Shown: positions 1 through 11,037, counted from the stretch's first letter. The stretch is DNA of 64,000 bases from an uncultured Candidatus Saccharibacteria bacterium (GCA_964633865.1 CAZWIJ010000007.1:20711-84710), one strand, 5' to 3'. Program-made: numbers and translations. The notes: generated from the sequence alone by a model not told the origin.

Positions 1-46
1 GATAAATCATTGGTCAGGTAAAGAAAATCTTTGTTCACAAAATTAT

Positions 47-853
47 TTGTTAACAGAAGAAATTTCTATTAACAAATCTTATGAATTAAGAACAATAGAA
101 TTAGAAAGATCTTTTTTGCAGATTTCAAATATTTTGACTAATGACTATAAAGTTGTTTATTCTAATAAAAAAAGGGTTGCTGGATTTTTAGATCAATTTA
201 ATCTTGAAGAAGTTATTGAAGAGAAAGATAACATTATATCAATTTACTTATTTGAGTATAATCCAAAAAATCCTAATTTGAAATCTCCAATCTTTTTTTA
301 TCTTTTATCTGTAAATATGTTTGATGGAAGTATCCTATCTTTATATAATTATCAATCTTTATCAGATTTTTTTGATTGTATTGACTCTAAAAATGGATTA
401 ATCTATTATGAAATTTTAAGAAGCTTAATCCTAACGGAAATAGCAAATTTATTAGTACCAACTTGTGCTATTCCTAATTTAGAAATTCAAAGAAAAAGAT
501 CTTATACAAGAAGTAAAAGAAATAGTGATGATGTTGAGATAATTATAAATCAAGTCTTGCTTCCAATGATAAAATCTTTACAAGATTATAAGTATGTATC
601 AAATGAATCTATTCAAGAATCACGAGATTATGAATATGAAGAATCTGGTAGACTTATTAAAGTTAGAGCTCATCTAAGAAGATTAAATCAGGGACAAAAA
701 GCCAGTAAAGAGGCTATTTCTTTTGGAAAACAAATATCTTGGGAATTTGATCATTCTCAATTTACCTTAGTAAGATCTTTCGAAAAAAAGATTAAATCTC
801 ATAAAGTAGTAGAGAATAATTTGAAAATTGGAGTTTATCGTAATAAATTTTAA
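47..853 (+). CDS. Hypothetical protein. Its C-terminal ~150 aa are paralogous to the C-terminus of 11242..12579 and share the motif SRDxEYEExGRL(I/V)KVRAHLRRL...QFTLVRS...YRNK. Likely TTG start.
   Basis: ORF track. The C-termini align by eye (YEILRSL[IV]LTEIANL, KVRAHLRRL, QFTLVRS, G[VI]YRNK[FL]). The frame is closed by a stop at 20-22 and the first codon at 47 is TTG. Confidence 0.5.
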   Translation: MLTEEISINKSYELRTIELERSFLQISNILTNDYKVVYSNKKRVAGFLDQFNLEEVIEEKDNIISIYLFEYNPKNPNLKSPIFFYLLSVNMFDGSILSLYNYQSLSDFFDCIDSKNGLIYYEILRSLILTEIANLLVPTCAIPNLEIQRKRSYTRSKRNSDDVEIIINQVLLPMIKSLQDYKYVSNESIQESRDYEYEESGRLIKVRAHLRRLNQGQKASKEAISFGKQISWEFDHSQFTLVRSFEKKIKSHKVVENNLKIGVYRNKF

Positions 854-885
854 TTTGTTATTTTAATAATTTAATTCAAGATATG

Positions 886-2103
886 TTAATCAACTAAACT
901 CCTGTCCCTAATATTTTTAGGGGCTTTTTTTATTATAAATAAACCAATTAATACAATCATAAATAAAACAGCCAGATCATTTTTCCAAAAGACAGTATCA
1001 AACAATCCATAAATCAAAATACTTGCAAAAGAAATATTTAACCAAAGTATATTTTTATTACTCAATAGACTATAAATTGACTTTTTAATAATTAAACCTA
1101 ACCAAATTATTCCTAATATTCCTGTATGAAACCAAAAGGCTAGATATAAATTATGGGGTTCAGGTACCAACCACTCAAAAGGGGGGAAATATTTTTTAGG
1201 CACTTCTCTTTCATAATTAGATTGAAAATCTGCCAACCCATACCCAAGAATAGGTTGCTCTTTAATTAAACTCAAAGTAGTATCCCAAATTTGAATTCTT
1301 GTTGTAATAGAATTTCTTTTTTCTAAATCGAATAAATTTTGAAATTTTGAGGTTCTGGATTGCCAAGATATAAATCCTATTAAGACTAATATTATGATTG
1401 AAAAACTAATCGTAATTTTTTTAATATTCATCTTTTTTGATGAGACAAATATCATTACAAAATATATAAAAAAACCTGATATCATTGCTAAGATTGATAT
1501 ATAAGATTGTGTTATAATATTTCCTAAAATTAAAAATCCTGTAATAAAATAATTTATTTTTTGATTCTTCGTAAAATTAATATATAAACTTAAAAAAATA
1601 ATTGGAGTCAAGTACATTCCAATATAGTTAGCAAAACCACCCTGACTAACAGCAGGATCAAGTCCTAGATTATACAGTGCTACTGGCCTAAAATCTTGCC
1701 TAAATCCCGCTAATAAGACTTGCATCATACTGATTCCACTAATATATAAGCCTGAAATAATTAAACCCTTTATAAAGCCATCATATAACTTTTGATTATT
1801 AATAAAAATCATCCCTAATATTAATGGGATTATAAAAAATGATTTCCAAATTCCAAGAGAATCCAAAGTTTGATTTGTGTTTATAAGTCCTATAAATGAA
1901 ATTATTCCAAATATCCAAAAGATATAGTTATTACTAAAAGTCTTCCAAAGTTTTGATACTCCTCCAAATTTATTTTTTAAAAGCCAAATTAGAATAAATA
2001 TTATAGCCAAAATTTCAAATAAATTGGTTGGGATAAAAAAAACTTTAAATCGAATAACATACAACGGCAATACTAGAGCTAAAATAAAGGCTAGTTTTTT
2101 CAT
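886..2103 (-). CDS. Polytopic membrane protein, O-antigen ligase/polymerase-like (Wzy_C/RfaL-type).
   Basis: About 10 predicted hydrophobic segments with a large periplasmic-type loop. Similar architecture to 3989..5179 and 27452..28708. Confidence 0.45.
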   Translation of the reverse strand: MKKLAFILALVLPLYVIRFKVFFIPTNLFEILAIIFILIWLLKNKFGGVSKLWKTFSNNYIFWIFGIISFIGLINTNQTLDSLGIWKSFFIIPLILGMIFINNQKLYDGFIKGLIISGLYISGISMMQVLLAGFRQDFRPVALYNLGLDPAVSQGGFANYIGMYLTPIIFLSLYINFTKNQKINYFITGFLILGNIITQSYISILAMISGFFIYFVMIFVSSKKMNIKKITISFSIIILVLIGFISWQSRTSKFQNLFDLEKRNSITTRIQIWDTTLSLIKEQPILGYGLADFQSNYEREVPKKYFPPFEWLVPEPHNLYLAFWFHTGILGIIWLGLIIKKSIYSLLSNKNILWLNISFASILIYGLFDTVFWKNDLAVLFMIVLIGLFIIKKAPKNIRDRSLVD

Positions 2104-2208
2104 ACTAAAATTAAAGATTATATTTATTTTTATTATACTATATTTATTTGTAATAAAAAAGTTAGTTAAAGTAATCTAACTAACTTATGTTAAAATTAAT
2201 CTCTAAAA

Positions 2209-2937
2209 CTATAGATTTTTAAGATGGGAGTGATCATTAATAGAAATCGGGTACCAACCTTCTTGTGTAAATTTAAACTCACAAATTCCAGTATTAGCTA
2301 GTTCAAATCTATAAATAAATCTGTCACTAAATCCTAAGATATAGTGAAGCATACACTTTATAGTAATCCCATGAGAAAAAATTAAAATCAATTTTTCTTT
2401 ATCATCTTGTAAAAATTTAGGGTTATACAAGATTTGATCTTCAAACCAATTAGAAATTCTTCTTTCTACCATTCTTTGAGATTCTCCATTAGGTGGAGTG
2501 AAAATATAACCAAGAGTATTCATTAATCTTAATTGTTTATCTGTATAAACTTGACTTCTTAATTCTCCTTCCCAATCTCCTGCACTAAATTCTTTCAAAT
2601 CTTCTATTATTTCTATATCTAAATTTAGATTAGACTCTTTTAGAACAATTTCTGCCGTCTTTTTAGCTCTTATAAATGGAGAAGAAAAGACAGCAAAAGG
2701 TTTTACATTTTCTTTTTTTAACCTTTTCCCTAAATATATACATTGTTTTTTCCCAATTTCTGATAGGTTGCTCTTTGGAGATTGTCCTGCAATTCTAGAT
2801 GAATCTTGATTAACAATACTTTCTCCATGTCTTATGAACAAAACTCTAATATTTGGTACTTGCATATTTTTGTAGATTAAGGTATAATTTTTACTAGTTA
2901 TATTTTGTAATTGGGAACATTTTAAATAAGTTCTCAA
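2209..2937 (-). CDS. Histidine phosphatase family protein (phosphoglycerate mutase-like).
   Basis: An N-terminal RHGES motif (LFIRHGESIVNQD) and a downstream conserved His (SHGITI). Confidence 0.7.
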   Translation of the reverse strand: MRTYLKCSQLQNITSKNYTLIYKNMQVPNIRVLFIRHGESIVNQDSSRIAGQSPKSNLSEIGKKQCIYLGKRLKKENVKPFAVFSSPFIRAKKTAEIVLKESNLNLDIEIIEDLKEFSAGDWEGELRSQVYTDKQLRLMNTLGYIFTPPNGESQRMVERRISNWFEDQILYNPKFLQDDKEKLILIFSHGITIKCMLHYILGFSDRFIYRFELANTGICEFKFTQEGWYPISINDHSHLKNL

Positions 2938-3022
2938 TTTTTTATTACCTTACTGTAAAGAATAGAATAACTTAGTAGCATTATCTATTATCCATTCTCT
3001 TTTATTTACTAAGTTAAATTTT

Positions 3023-3832
3023 TTAGATATATAAAGAGTTGTCTAAACATCTTATCATTGTAGGATAAATAAATAGACTAAGGAAATAATTACAATCTAA
3101 TTTTCTACTAAAATTTTCAATTAAATTCATTACCTCATTTGTATATTTATAATCTGGACTTGCAAAAACAAAGAACCATGTATATATCATAGCAACAAAA
3201 GGTGATTCAACTACATTAATCCCTAGTTGAGGGTCAATAAATAAAAATTTATCATCTTTATTTATTAAAATATTGCCAAAATGAAAGTCACCATGTTCTT
3301 CTATTACTTTTATTGATTCAGGTGGATTACTTAAAAGATTAGAAACTTCTTCGATTAAAGGATATTCGCAACTATATGTTTCAGACAACTTATTCAAAAC
3401 TTTTATCCCCATTTCCCAAGGATTTCTGTTTAAAATTGTAAAATTTTGTGAAACAATCTTTCTTTGATTTATCCAATTTACTAAAAATTCTAGGTATTCT
3501 TATAAATACATCAAACCCCTTTTGGGGTTGTTGATTAATATTTCTCCTAAAGAAATTCCTCCATCTTCAATAAATATAAGTCTCTCATTGAGTAAAGGAA
3601 CACTAATAAATTTAGGTGTTTCTAAACCTATCTGATTTAGTCTTTTTAATCCAATATGTTCAATTCGAGATGGTTTATTTATGCCTATTTCTAAACCAGA
3701 ATATTTTATATATAACCCCCCAAATTTGAATACACATTCATTAATTTTCTCTATTTTCATGCTAAACCTCTCACGATAAGGATAACTATCAAAATGTACT
3801 ATCATAAAATAATTTATGATTACAGAATTCAT
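3023..3832 (-). pseudogene. APH/choline-kinase-like phosphotransferase interrupted by one in-frame TAA (at 3500..3502).
   Basis: ORFs 3500..3832 and 3023..3412 are in the same frame. The 87 nt between them contain no other stop. The C-terminal part carries the kinase motif HGDFHFGNILI...FIDPQLG. Confidence 0.6.
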
Positions 3833-3988
3833 TATATCATATTTTTATATTATTAATTAAAGTTTTTTTCACTTAAAATTTATATTTTTGTAGATTGAAT
3901 CATTAAATTCAACAAGAAGATTATTAACCTAAATTTAAATTTGTTGTGTTTATATAGTGTCTAAACATATTTTTTGAATTTTTTCATA

Positions 3989-5179
3989 TTAAATTGCAAA
4001 TAAAAAGATTATAAATAAAAGAATATGTGGAAAGAAAATACTATTTACAAACATAGAATGTACCAAAATTAAAGCTATTCCAGAGATTGAAGCCAATGTC
4101 ATTGCTTTTTCTATTTTTAGTTTAGTTTCTAAAAATTTTTGAATCCAATCTAAAATTTTGCTAAATATCATTGAAATAAAAATTCCAAGCCCAATAATTC
4201 CACCTGTTAACCAAAGAGTCAATAAACTACTATCTCTTCCAGAAGCTGAGTTAAGGGAAGATTCTTTGATAGTCTGATATTTGATTGTATTATAACCTAT
4301 TCCTAAAATTGGTTTTTTTTCTATATCTTGTATTGTATCTAGCCAATTTTGGATTCTTAAGGAGGCTGTAACATCTACAGTGATGATTCCCATAACTCTT
4401 TCCTGTAAACGAGAATTAGATGAAATACCTATACTCATCAAAATCATCATAATAATCAAAGTTTTTTTTGAATAAAACAATGTCAAGACTGACATACCAA
4501 TAACAAAAGCTAATAATGCACTCCTAGAATAAGTTAGAAACAAAGCTATGAATATAATAGCACTGCCTGATAACCAAAATATAATTTGTTTTTTATTTTT
4601 TTTCCAATCCTCATCTTTGAGAGAAACTAAAACTCTTGACAATACCACCAATAAAGATAATCCAAGGAATCCACCTAAAAAATTTGGATCATACCAAGTT
4701 GAAAGCAATCTTCCTTGATGTGGATCCCAGCCATATTGTGCCATAAAAGAAAAATCTGGGAATAGTATTAATTGTAAGAATCCTAAAATAGAAAGAATAA
4801 CTCCTGTATAAAAAAAACTATTCCATATCCAAATCAAACCTTTTTCTCTATTTTTATCCAAAAAATCTATTACTGGAATAATAAAAGTTAAATAACTAAA
4901 TAATCTTAACCAATACAGAAAGGCTCCAATTTCTCCACTCGAAGAAATAATAAAACTCATGTTAAACAATAGACTAGCTAAAAGATAAAAAATAAAAATA
5001 AATAACCAAACCAAAATTGGAGCAAAAGGAATTTCTTCTTTTCTAATAATTTTATTTAAAAAATATATTCCTAGAATTCCAATCAAAACAAAATCTGTAG
5101 CTACTCCTAAACTACCAAATCTTGTAATTTGACCTGTAATTACAGTTATTATTAAGATTATAAATAGAATTTTTTGCAT
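3989..5179 (-). CDS. Polytopic membrane protein, O-antigen ligase-like.
   Basis: Multi-TM profile with a Wzy_C-like loop region (YSRSALLAFVIGM). Confidence 0.4.
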   Translation of the reverse strand: MQKILFIILIITVITGQITRFGSLGVATDFVLIGILGIYFLNKIIRKEEIPFAPILVWLFIFIFYLLASLLFNMSFIISSSGEIGAFLYWLRLFSYLTFIIPVIDFLDKNREKGLIWIWNSFFYTGVILSILGFLQLILFPDFSFMAQYGWDPHQGRLLSTWYDPNFLGGFLGLSLLVVLSRVLVSLKDEDWKKNKKQIIFWLSGSAIIFIALFLTYSRSALLAFVIGMSVLTLFYSKKTLIIMMILMSIGISSNSRLQERVMGIITVDVTASLRIQNWLDTIQDIEKKPILGIGYNTIKYQTIKESSLNSASGRDSSLLTLWLTGGIIGLGIFISMIFSKILDWIQKFLETKLKIEKAMTLASISGIALILVHSMFVNSIFFPHILLFIIFLFAI

Positions 5180-5288
5180 AAGTAATTTAAATTCTTTCCT
5201 TTATTCTAACAAAAAATTTTTATATTAGCAATTAAAACAAAAAAACATAGTTTTTTATCACTATGCTTTTTTATAGATAGTAAATTAT

Positions 5289-7520
5289 TTATTTTCTACT
5301 ATCCTCTAATTTTTGATTTAATTTAGCAATATTTTCTCTCTTAGAAACTAGTTCTTGATCAGGCTCATAATTTAGAATTTCAGAAGATGATTCTTTAATA
5401 ATTTTAGTTATATTATCAAAAGATGTATCATTAATACCTTCTAATTTTTGTTGAATATATTTAGGAAGTTGTTTATATTTTTTAGATAATTCCTCTCTAA
5501 TAGATGTTGCCTCTTGCCATTTTTGTACTTCTTTATTTAATTCTTCTTTTAATTCTATATATTTTTGTTTTTCTGAATTTACAGTATTTTGTAATTCTTT
5601 CAAACGATTAATCTCCTTATTATTTCTCAAAAGAATAAATTTTTTACTTTCAGTATCTATATCCTTTGAAAGTTTGTTCATTACATTATCAAAATCACTT
5701 ACTTCACCAAATTTACCACTTCCTACTTTGGCAGAGAGTTCAGAAGAGATTTTATCTATCTCAGATATTAAAGAGTCTCTTTTAGCCCAATCCCACTGTA
5801 AATTAAATTCCCCATCTTTAAAGCTATATTTATCATTTACTGATTCTAGTGTTTTTATAAGATTAGTATCAGCCTGTCCTTGTTCTAATGCTCTTTTATA
5901 AGACATCATAGTCTGATCTAGGTTATCCAGATTTCTATATTCTTCTGAGTCTTTAGCTTCACGGATTTGATCAGCTATGTTGCTAGTTTCTTTTTCCTTA
6001 TAAATACGACTCTCTCTTGATATTATTTGATCTATTGATTTTTTTTCTTCCTCTTGACTTCTCAAATAAAATTCATCATTTTTTTGTTTATCAAATTTAG
6101 TTTCAACTGATTTATTAAATATTTCTTGATACTGTGGGTATGATTGTAAAACATCTTCCAAATTAGAATCTTTATTAATCCAGAATGCTAATTCTTTTAA
6201 TTGAGGATCATTTGATTCAGTCAAATATACCAATCTGGCTTGTCCTGTTAATTTTAATGCTTTATTGATTGTTTTCGAATCAGGATTTAATTCTTGTAAT
6301 TGAATTAACTTATCACCTATATCATTGCTTAAAGCTTCTGAGACATCACCATCTTCCATTTTATAATTTCCTAACACATAATCTGATGTATTTCTAAACA
6401 TTTTTTTTGATATTGAGTCTTTCATTGACTCATCTTTTGCTTTATCACTTGCTTCAAATAGTGTCTGTATATATTTATTCCCTTCATCCAAACCATAAAT
6501 ACTATAAATGTCAGCAATATTTTTTTCACTAAAGAGTTCTTTTGGATTATCAAGTAAATTCTGTAATTCTTTATCTAAAATCACTTTATTATCATATATT
6601 TCTGCTTCACTTCCTATATATTTTGATTCTAATTCTTTGATATTCTCTTTAAGTTTTTCTAACTCTTCTTTTCTAGCATTATCTATCATTTGTTCAGTTT
6701 CTTCATTGAATAACTCTATATTCTTCTGACTTTCTTCTATATTTGAGTTAAGTTCAATAACTTTATTCTCTAATTTAGGATATGCTGATACAAACTCATC
6801 TACAGACATACCTGGAAATCGAGTCATTGCTTCCTCAATCTTAGAATTTAAAATGCCTTTTTGCTCTTTACTTGATTCAAATTTTTTATTTAGATTCTGT
6901 AACTCTAAAGATCTTTCTTGTGTAATTTGTTCTGCAATTCCCAAAGATGGATTATTTTCTAAATTTTGTAAAGATTCTTTTAATTCAGCGATAATTTCTC
7001 CTTGTTTTGATAATCCAGTTTCATCAGAAATTTCAAAGTCAGGAATTTTTTCTGATTCAATAACTTCAGAAGAATCTTCTATTAAGGAATCTATTGTGTC
7101 ATCCTCTAAATTCTTGGTAGTAACTTGTTCTGATTTTATATTATTAAGTGCACCATCTATTAAAGAGTCAAAATCATCTTCTTCATCATCTAGAAATTCT
7201 TCAAATCTTTCATCAGATGATGTATTTGCTTCTTCTTGTGAAGAAATCTCTTTCATTTTATCTTCAATCACAGATATTATACTAGTATACAGTTCTTTTT
7301 CCCCACCTTCATCTGATTCATCTAAACCATCTAAAATTACTTTATATTCTTCAAGACTTTTTTGAAGTTTATTTTTTTCATCATTAAGCTTAATTAATTT
7401 TTCTTTTTTATTATTTTCTTCTTCTTGTAAATTATCTATTTTCTTTACTTCTGACTCAGGATTAGTTTGTATCTTTTCTGATTGATTTGATTCATATGAG
7501 TTATTTTCAATATTATTCAT
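5289..7520 (-). CDS. Large acidic, low-complexity coiled-coil protein (E/K/N/S-rich), 743 aa.
   Basis: Long uninterrupted ORF with heptad-like E/K/L periodicity. The internal plus-strand ORFs (5674..5901, 6508..6729, 6853..7365) are shadow ORFs. Confidence 0.5.
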   Translation of the reverse strand: MNNIENNSYESNQSEKIQTNPESEVKKIDNLQEEENNKKEKLIKLNDEKNKLQKSLEEYKVILDGLDESDEGGEKELYTSIISVIEDKMKEISSQEEANTSSDERFEEFLDDEEDDFDSLIDGALNNIKSEQVTTKNLEDDTIDSLIEDSSEVIESEKIPDFEISDETGLSKQGEIIAELKESLQNLENNPSLGIAEQITQERSLELQNLNKKFESSKEQKGILNSKIEEAMTRFPGMSVDEFVSAYPKLENKVIELNSNIEESQKNIELFNEETEQMIDNARKEELEKLKENIKELESKYIGSEAEIYDNKVILDKELQNLLDNPKELFSEKNIADIYSIYGLDEGNKYIQTLFEASDKAKDESMKDSISKKMFRNTSDYVLGNYKMEDGDVSEALSNDIGDKLIQLQELNPDSKTINKALKLTGQARLVYLTESNDPQLKELAFWINKDSNLEDVLQSYPQYQEIFNKSVETKFDKQKNDEFYLRSQEEEKKSIDQIISRESRIYKEKETSNIADQIREAKDSEEYRNLDNLDQTMMSYKRALEQGQADTNLIKTLESVNDKYSFKDGEFNLQWDWAKRDSLISEIDKISSELSAKVGSGKFGEVSDFDNVMNKLSKDIDTESKKFILLRNNKEINRLKELQNTVNSEKQKYIELKEELNKEVQKWQEATSIREELSKKYKQLPKYIQQKLEGINDTSFDNITKIIKESSSEILNYEPDQELVSKRENIAKLNQKLEDSRK

Positions 7521-7642
7521 ATTATATTTTTTTAATAGTATATATATATGTTAACATAGTATATATACTTGTCAATCAAATCTAAAAAGTTAATGTTAAT
7601 AAAAAAGATTATATTTTAAAAATATAATCTAAACATTCTTAT

Positions 7643-8167
7643 CTACTTGTTGATCACTTTTTTAATAAAATTTAATCTTTCTTCTAATGTGCCTTTTACT
7701 ACAAAATGTGGTAATTTAAAATTATCTATCAAGAATTTAATACTATCATCAACTTCAACTTGAGTTTCTTTACTTGCTCTACCTATTTCTGATTGATAAT
7801 TAAATTCTATAGGAAGATAAAATAAATAATCATATCCAAAAGTGATTTTTTTAGCTGATTCCATAAGCTTTCCCATATCTATTAAAGATGACCTAGAATA
7901 CAGAACTGTGTAAGCAAGAAAGTCTATAATAGACCGGTCAGTCACAAAATTACTATATTTACTTTCTTCTAAAATTTCAAGATTAAAAAGATTTTTCTGA
8001 TGAATCCACCTTTCATCTTTAGTAAGTATTTCAAAGTTTTCAATGTTATTTGATTTATAATAATTTCTAGAAATATTAGTAATCAAATCTAAATTTAAAT
8101 CTTCTGACAACTTTTTAGCTAAAGTTGTCTTCCCAGTACCATGTGAACCTGTGAATGCTATTTTCAT
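7643..8167 (-). CDS. P-loop NTPase (AAA_28/NadR-Ttd14-like small ATPase or kinase).
   Basis: Walker A motif GSHGTGKTTLA at the N-terminus. Confidence 0.6.
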   Translation of the reverse strand: MKIAFTGSHGTGKTTLAKKLSEDLNLDLITNISRNYYKSNNIENFEILTKDERWIHQKNLFNLEILEESKYSNFVTDRSIIDFLAYTVLYSRSSLIDMGKLMESAKKITFGYDYLFYLPIEFNYQSEIGRASKETQVEVDDSIKFLIDNFKLPHFVVKGTLEERLNFIKKVINK

Positions 8168-8236
8168 AATAATGAAATCTTTATGAATGAACTTTGGATC
8201 AACTATATTATATCATACTTTATTTAATAATAATTC

Positions 8237-8737
8237 TTATTTTAAAAATTTCATTACATCAAATTTAAGTGGCTTTTTCCATTGAAAGAAAGCAAATGTC
8301 AGTAAAGAGGCACCTAATAGCTCAAAACTTTCTTCAAATAATACCATCACATTATATTCTTCTCTAGATAATTTTTCAGTTGTTGCATAACCTTCTATAA
8401 ATAATACACTTAGAAATAAAGTTGTACCTAAAAAAATCATAAATGAAGATAATTTATTATATTTGTAATTTTTTATCAAATGAATTAGTTCATAAATTAA
8501 AAAAGGTACACTAAATAAAATCAAAAAGATAGCATATAATACCCATATTGCTCCCTCATAACCGTAACTTTCTGCCCAAATTTTTAGATTATAAGCCATT
8601 CCAGGAAAAAAATGATTAGCATATTCTGGAAAATCTTCATGAATCATAATTATTTCATCTAATCCTATATAAATAAAAATTATACCAGAGATCCAAAAAA
8701 ACCATTTATTATATTTATCAATATATGACTTATACAA
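8237..8737 (-). CDS. Small integral membrane protein, unknown function.
   Basis: Four or five hydrophobic helices and no recognisable motif. Confidence 0.35.
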   Translation of the reverse strand: MYKSYIDKYNKWFFWISGIIFIYIGLDEIIMIHEDFPEYANHFFPGMAYNLKIWAESYGYEGAIWVLYAIFLILFSVPFLIYELIHLIKNYKYNKLSSFMIFLGTTLFLSVLFIEGYATTEKLSREEYNVMVLFEESFELLGASLLTFAFFQWKKPLKFDVMKFLK

Positions 8738-8996
8738 TAAATATACTCCAAAAACTATTAATTTGACAGATTGATAAAAAGTTGGTAAATTTCTTTCTTG
8801 ATCAAGATCATAGTATGTATTAAGCTCACTAAAATTTATATGTAAAAATACTATAAATGAATCTATTAATAAAAGAAATATTATAACCTTAAATTTTATA
8901 AAAAAACTATACAGAATACTTTATTTAACCATTATATCTTTAGTAATTAGAATATATGATAACAAAAAAAACATATTTTGTCCATATGAGGAGCAA

Positions 8997-9776
8997 TTAT
9001 CTATCTCTTTCTTTTTTAGAAATAGCTAAAGTACCATAAGTCATAAAAACTATAATCATTACTACTATAATTAAAACATCAATCCAAATAGGAAAAATTG
9101 TTATAAACTCCTTAACCTCAGGAGTATTCCTATAAAAAGCATTTCTAAACAAATCCACAACATAAGTTAATGGAACTAATCTAGATGGAATCAATAAATA
9201 TAAAGGTAAATCTTTTATAGGAGTAAAGACACCTGCTAAGAAAAACTGAGGAAATATAAATAAAGGAAAGACTCTATTGATATTTTGACTATCATCTGCA
9301 AATGAAATAATTAATAATCCAAAAGCTCCTCCTAAAATCGTAACCAATATAATAATTGGAATAAATATAAGAATATCCATAAATGAATATGTAACTCCAA
9401 TTAATAATCCTATTAATAAAATCATTAAACCCTGTATAAATCCTACAAATCCTTCTCCAATAATTTTACCGATTAAAATTGATACTCTAGCTATCGGTGC
9501 TACAAAAAACTCTTGTGTTAAATCTTGTTCCCTATCTTGAACCAAAGAGATTATACCCTGAGCCACAGTCTGAAAAATAGTTTGTCCCAAAACTCCCACA
9601 AAGGTAAATATCATAAAGTCATAAGGAGTCTGTACATTTGCCTTAAAGCTTCCTCCTAAAACAACTATAAAAATTACTGGAAAAATAAGTGATATCAAAA
9701 CTCTACTTGGATTTTTGATATATTTTGTAATATCCCTGTAGGCAATAGCCGAAATAGCATTGATTTGATTTGTCAT
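8997..9776 (-). CDS. ABC-2 type transporter permease.
   Basis: Six TM segments, located immediately downstream of the ABC ATPase, typical operon arrangement. Confidence 0.65.
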   Translation of the reverse strand: MTNQINAISAIAYRDITKYIKNPSRVLISLIFPVIFIVVLGGSFKANVQTPYDFMIFTFVGVLGQTIFQTVAQGIISLVQDREQDLTQEFFVAPIARVSILIGKIIGEGFVGFIQGLMILLIGLLIGVTYSFMDILIFIPIIILVTILGGAFGLLIISFADDSQNINRVFPLFIFPQFFLAGVFTPIKDLPLYLLIPSRLVPLTYVVDLFRNAFYRNTPEVKEFITIFPIWIDVLIIVVMIIVFMTYGTLAISKKERDR

Positions 9777-9787
9777 ATAAGTTATAT

Positions 9788-10726
9788 TTAAGATAATAAT
9801 TTAAGGTAAGCTTCTTCTAAAGTTGGTTTTATAATGGATACATCAGATATTTCTGTATCTATCATTTTTATATATTTTTGTACAGTCCAGCTTTTATTAA
9901 TATCTAAAGCCACAGAATTTTCTTTAGATAAATCTTCTATAATATTAATCTTTTTATCTTGTAATTCTTTCTTTAGTTTATCTATATATTTAGTTGTCAA
10001 AATAACATAATCATTCAACAAAGTCTTCTTTATTCCCTCTGGTGTATCATTCAAAATAATTTTTCCATGATTAATAATAGCAACTTGATCAGCTTGTTCA
10101 GCTTCTTCTAAATAGTGAGTTGTAAGAAAGATTGTCAAATTAGTTTCTTTTCTTAAATTATTAAGATACTCCCAAATTGATTTTCGACTAACGGGATCGA
10201 GTCCAGTAGTTGGCTCATCCAAGAATAAAATTTTAGGTTCATGTATCAGACTTCTTATAATTTCTAGTTTTCTTTTCATACCACCAGAATAAGTCTTTAC
10301 TTTTTTATGTAAAAAGTCTTTCATATCAATCAAATCAATCAATTCTTCTACTTTTTGTTTGTAATCTTCTGACATTAATGAATATGTTGGTCTAAAACTA
10401 TAAACACCATATAGTGCAGAGTGAATTCTAATATTTTCCTCACCAGTTAAGTTCTCATCTAAAGATGGTTTTTGTGCTATAATACCGATGTCTTTTCTTA
10501 TTTTGGCAGGATACTTATCTATATTTCTTTTATTTATAATGATATCTCCTGAAGTTTTTGCTAAAGTTGTTGTCAAGATAGATATTGTGGTTGTTTTCCC
10601 AGCTCCATTCTCTCCCAAAAAAGCAAAAAAACTACCTTCCTTAACATTAAAAGAAATATTATCAACCGAATTTTTATCCGCTTTTTTATATTTTTTGACT
10701 AGATTTTTAACTTGAATAATATTCAT
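9788..10726 (-). CDS. ABC transporter ATP-binding protein.
   Basis: Walker A GENGAGKTTT, ABC signature YSGGMKRKL, Walker B LFLDEPTTGLD and H-loop TTHYL. Confidence 0.9.
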   Translation of the reverse strand: MNIIQVKNLVKKYKKADKNSVDNISFNVKEGSFFAFLGENGAGKTTTISILTTTLAKTSGDIIINKRNIDKYPAKIRKDIGIIAQKPSLDENLTGEENIRIHSALYGVYSFRPTYSLMSEDYKQKVEELIDLIDMKDFLHKKVKTYSGGMKRKLEIIRSLIHEPKILFLDEPTTGLDPVSRKSIWEYLNNLRKETNLTIFLTTHYLEEAEQADQVAIINHGKIILNDTPEGIKKTLLNDYVILTTKYIDKLKKELQDKKINIIEDLSKENSVALDINKSWTVQKYIKMIDTEISDVSIIKPTLEEAYLKLLS

Positions 10727-10849
10727 ACTTAATTATTAAAATAAAATTATATATACTTACTATATCACAAATATTAAAAATTCATATCAGACTATTGCAA
10801 TATATTATTTTTTTGTTTATAATATCTATAGTAATTATGAATAATTACA

Positions 10850-10938
10850 GCTAAGATGGCGGAATTGGTAGACGCAGCGGACTTAAAATCCGCCGATACT
10901 CAAATATCGTGAGGGTTCAAGTCCCTCTCCTAGCACCA
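10850..10938 (+). tRNA. tRNA-Leu (anticodon TAA), type II with a long variable arm and encoded CCA.
   Basis: Hand-folded cloverleaf: acceptor GCTAAGA/TCCTAGC, anticodon stem GCGGA/TCCGC with loop CTTAAAA, T-arm GAGGG-TTCAAGT-CCCTC. Confidence 0.85.
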
Positions 10939-10944
10939 AAATAC

Positions 10945-10980
10945 AAAAAAAGACTGCTTTTATAAAGTAGTCTTTTTTGT
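10945..10980 (+). terminator. Rho-independent terminator downstream of tRNA-Leu.
   Basis: Hairpin AGACTGCTTT-TAT-AAAGTAGTCT followed by TTTTTTG. Confidence 0.6.
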
Positions 10981-11037
10981 AATAATAGTATAAAGTATAT
11001 GTTGACAATAATAAATCCTTTATGCTATACTAAAAAA

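Noticed and set aside
47-853. Tyrosine recombinase or ParB-like identity for the conserved C-terminal domain (AHLRRL as HxxR box II, or as GHRRLrAa).
   Set aside because: The only candidate catalytic Tyr (…YRNK) lies about 40 residues after the His rather than about 10, no box-I Arg context is present, and the ParB resemblance is limited to 4-5 residues. Left as an unknown domain.
5674-7365. Three plus-strand ORFs (5674..5901, 6508..6729, 6853..7365) inside the 743-aa coiled-coil gene.
   Set aside because: They are antisense to a long uninterrupted ORF and are Ser/Phe/Leu-rich, as expected from reverse-complemented Glu/Lys codons. They are spurious.
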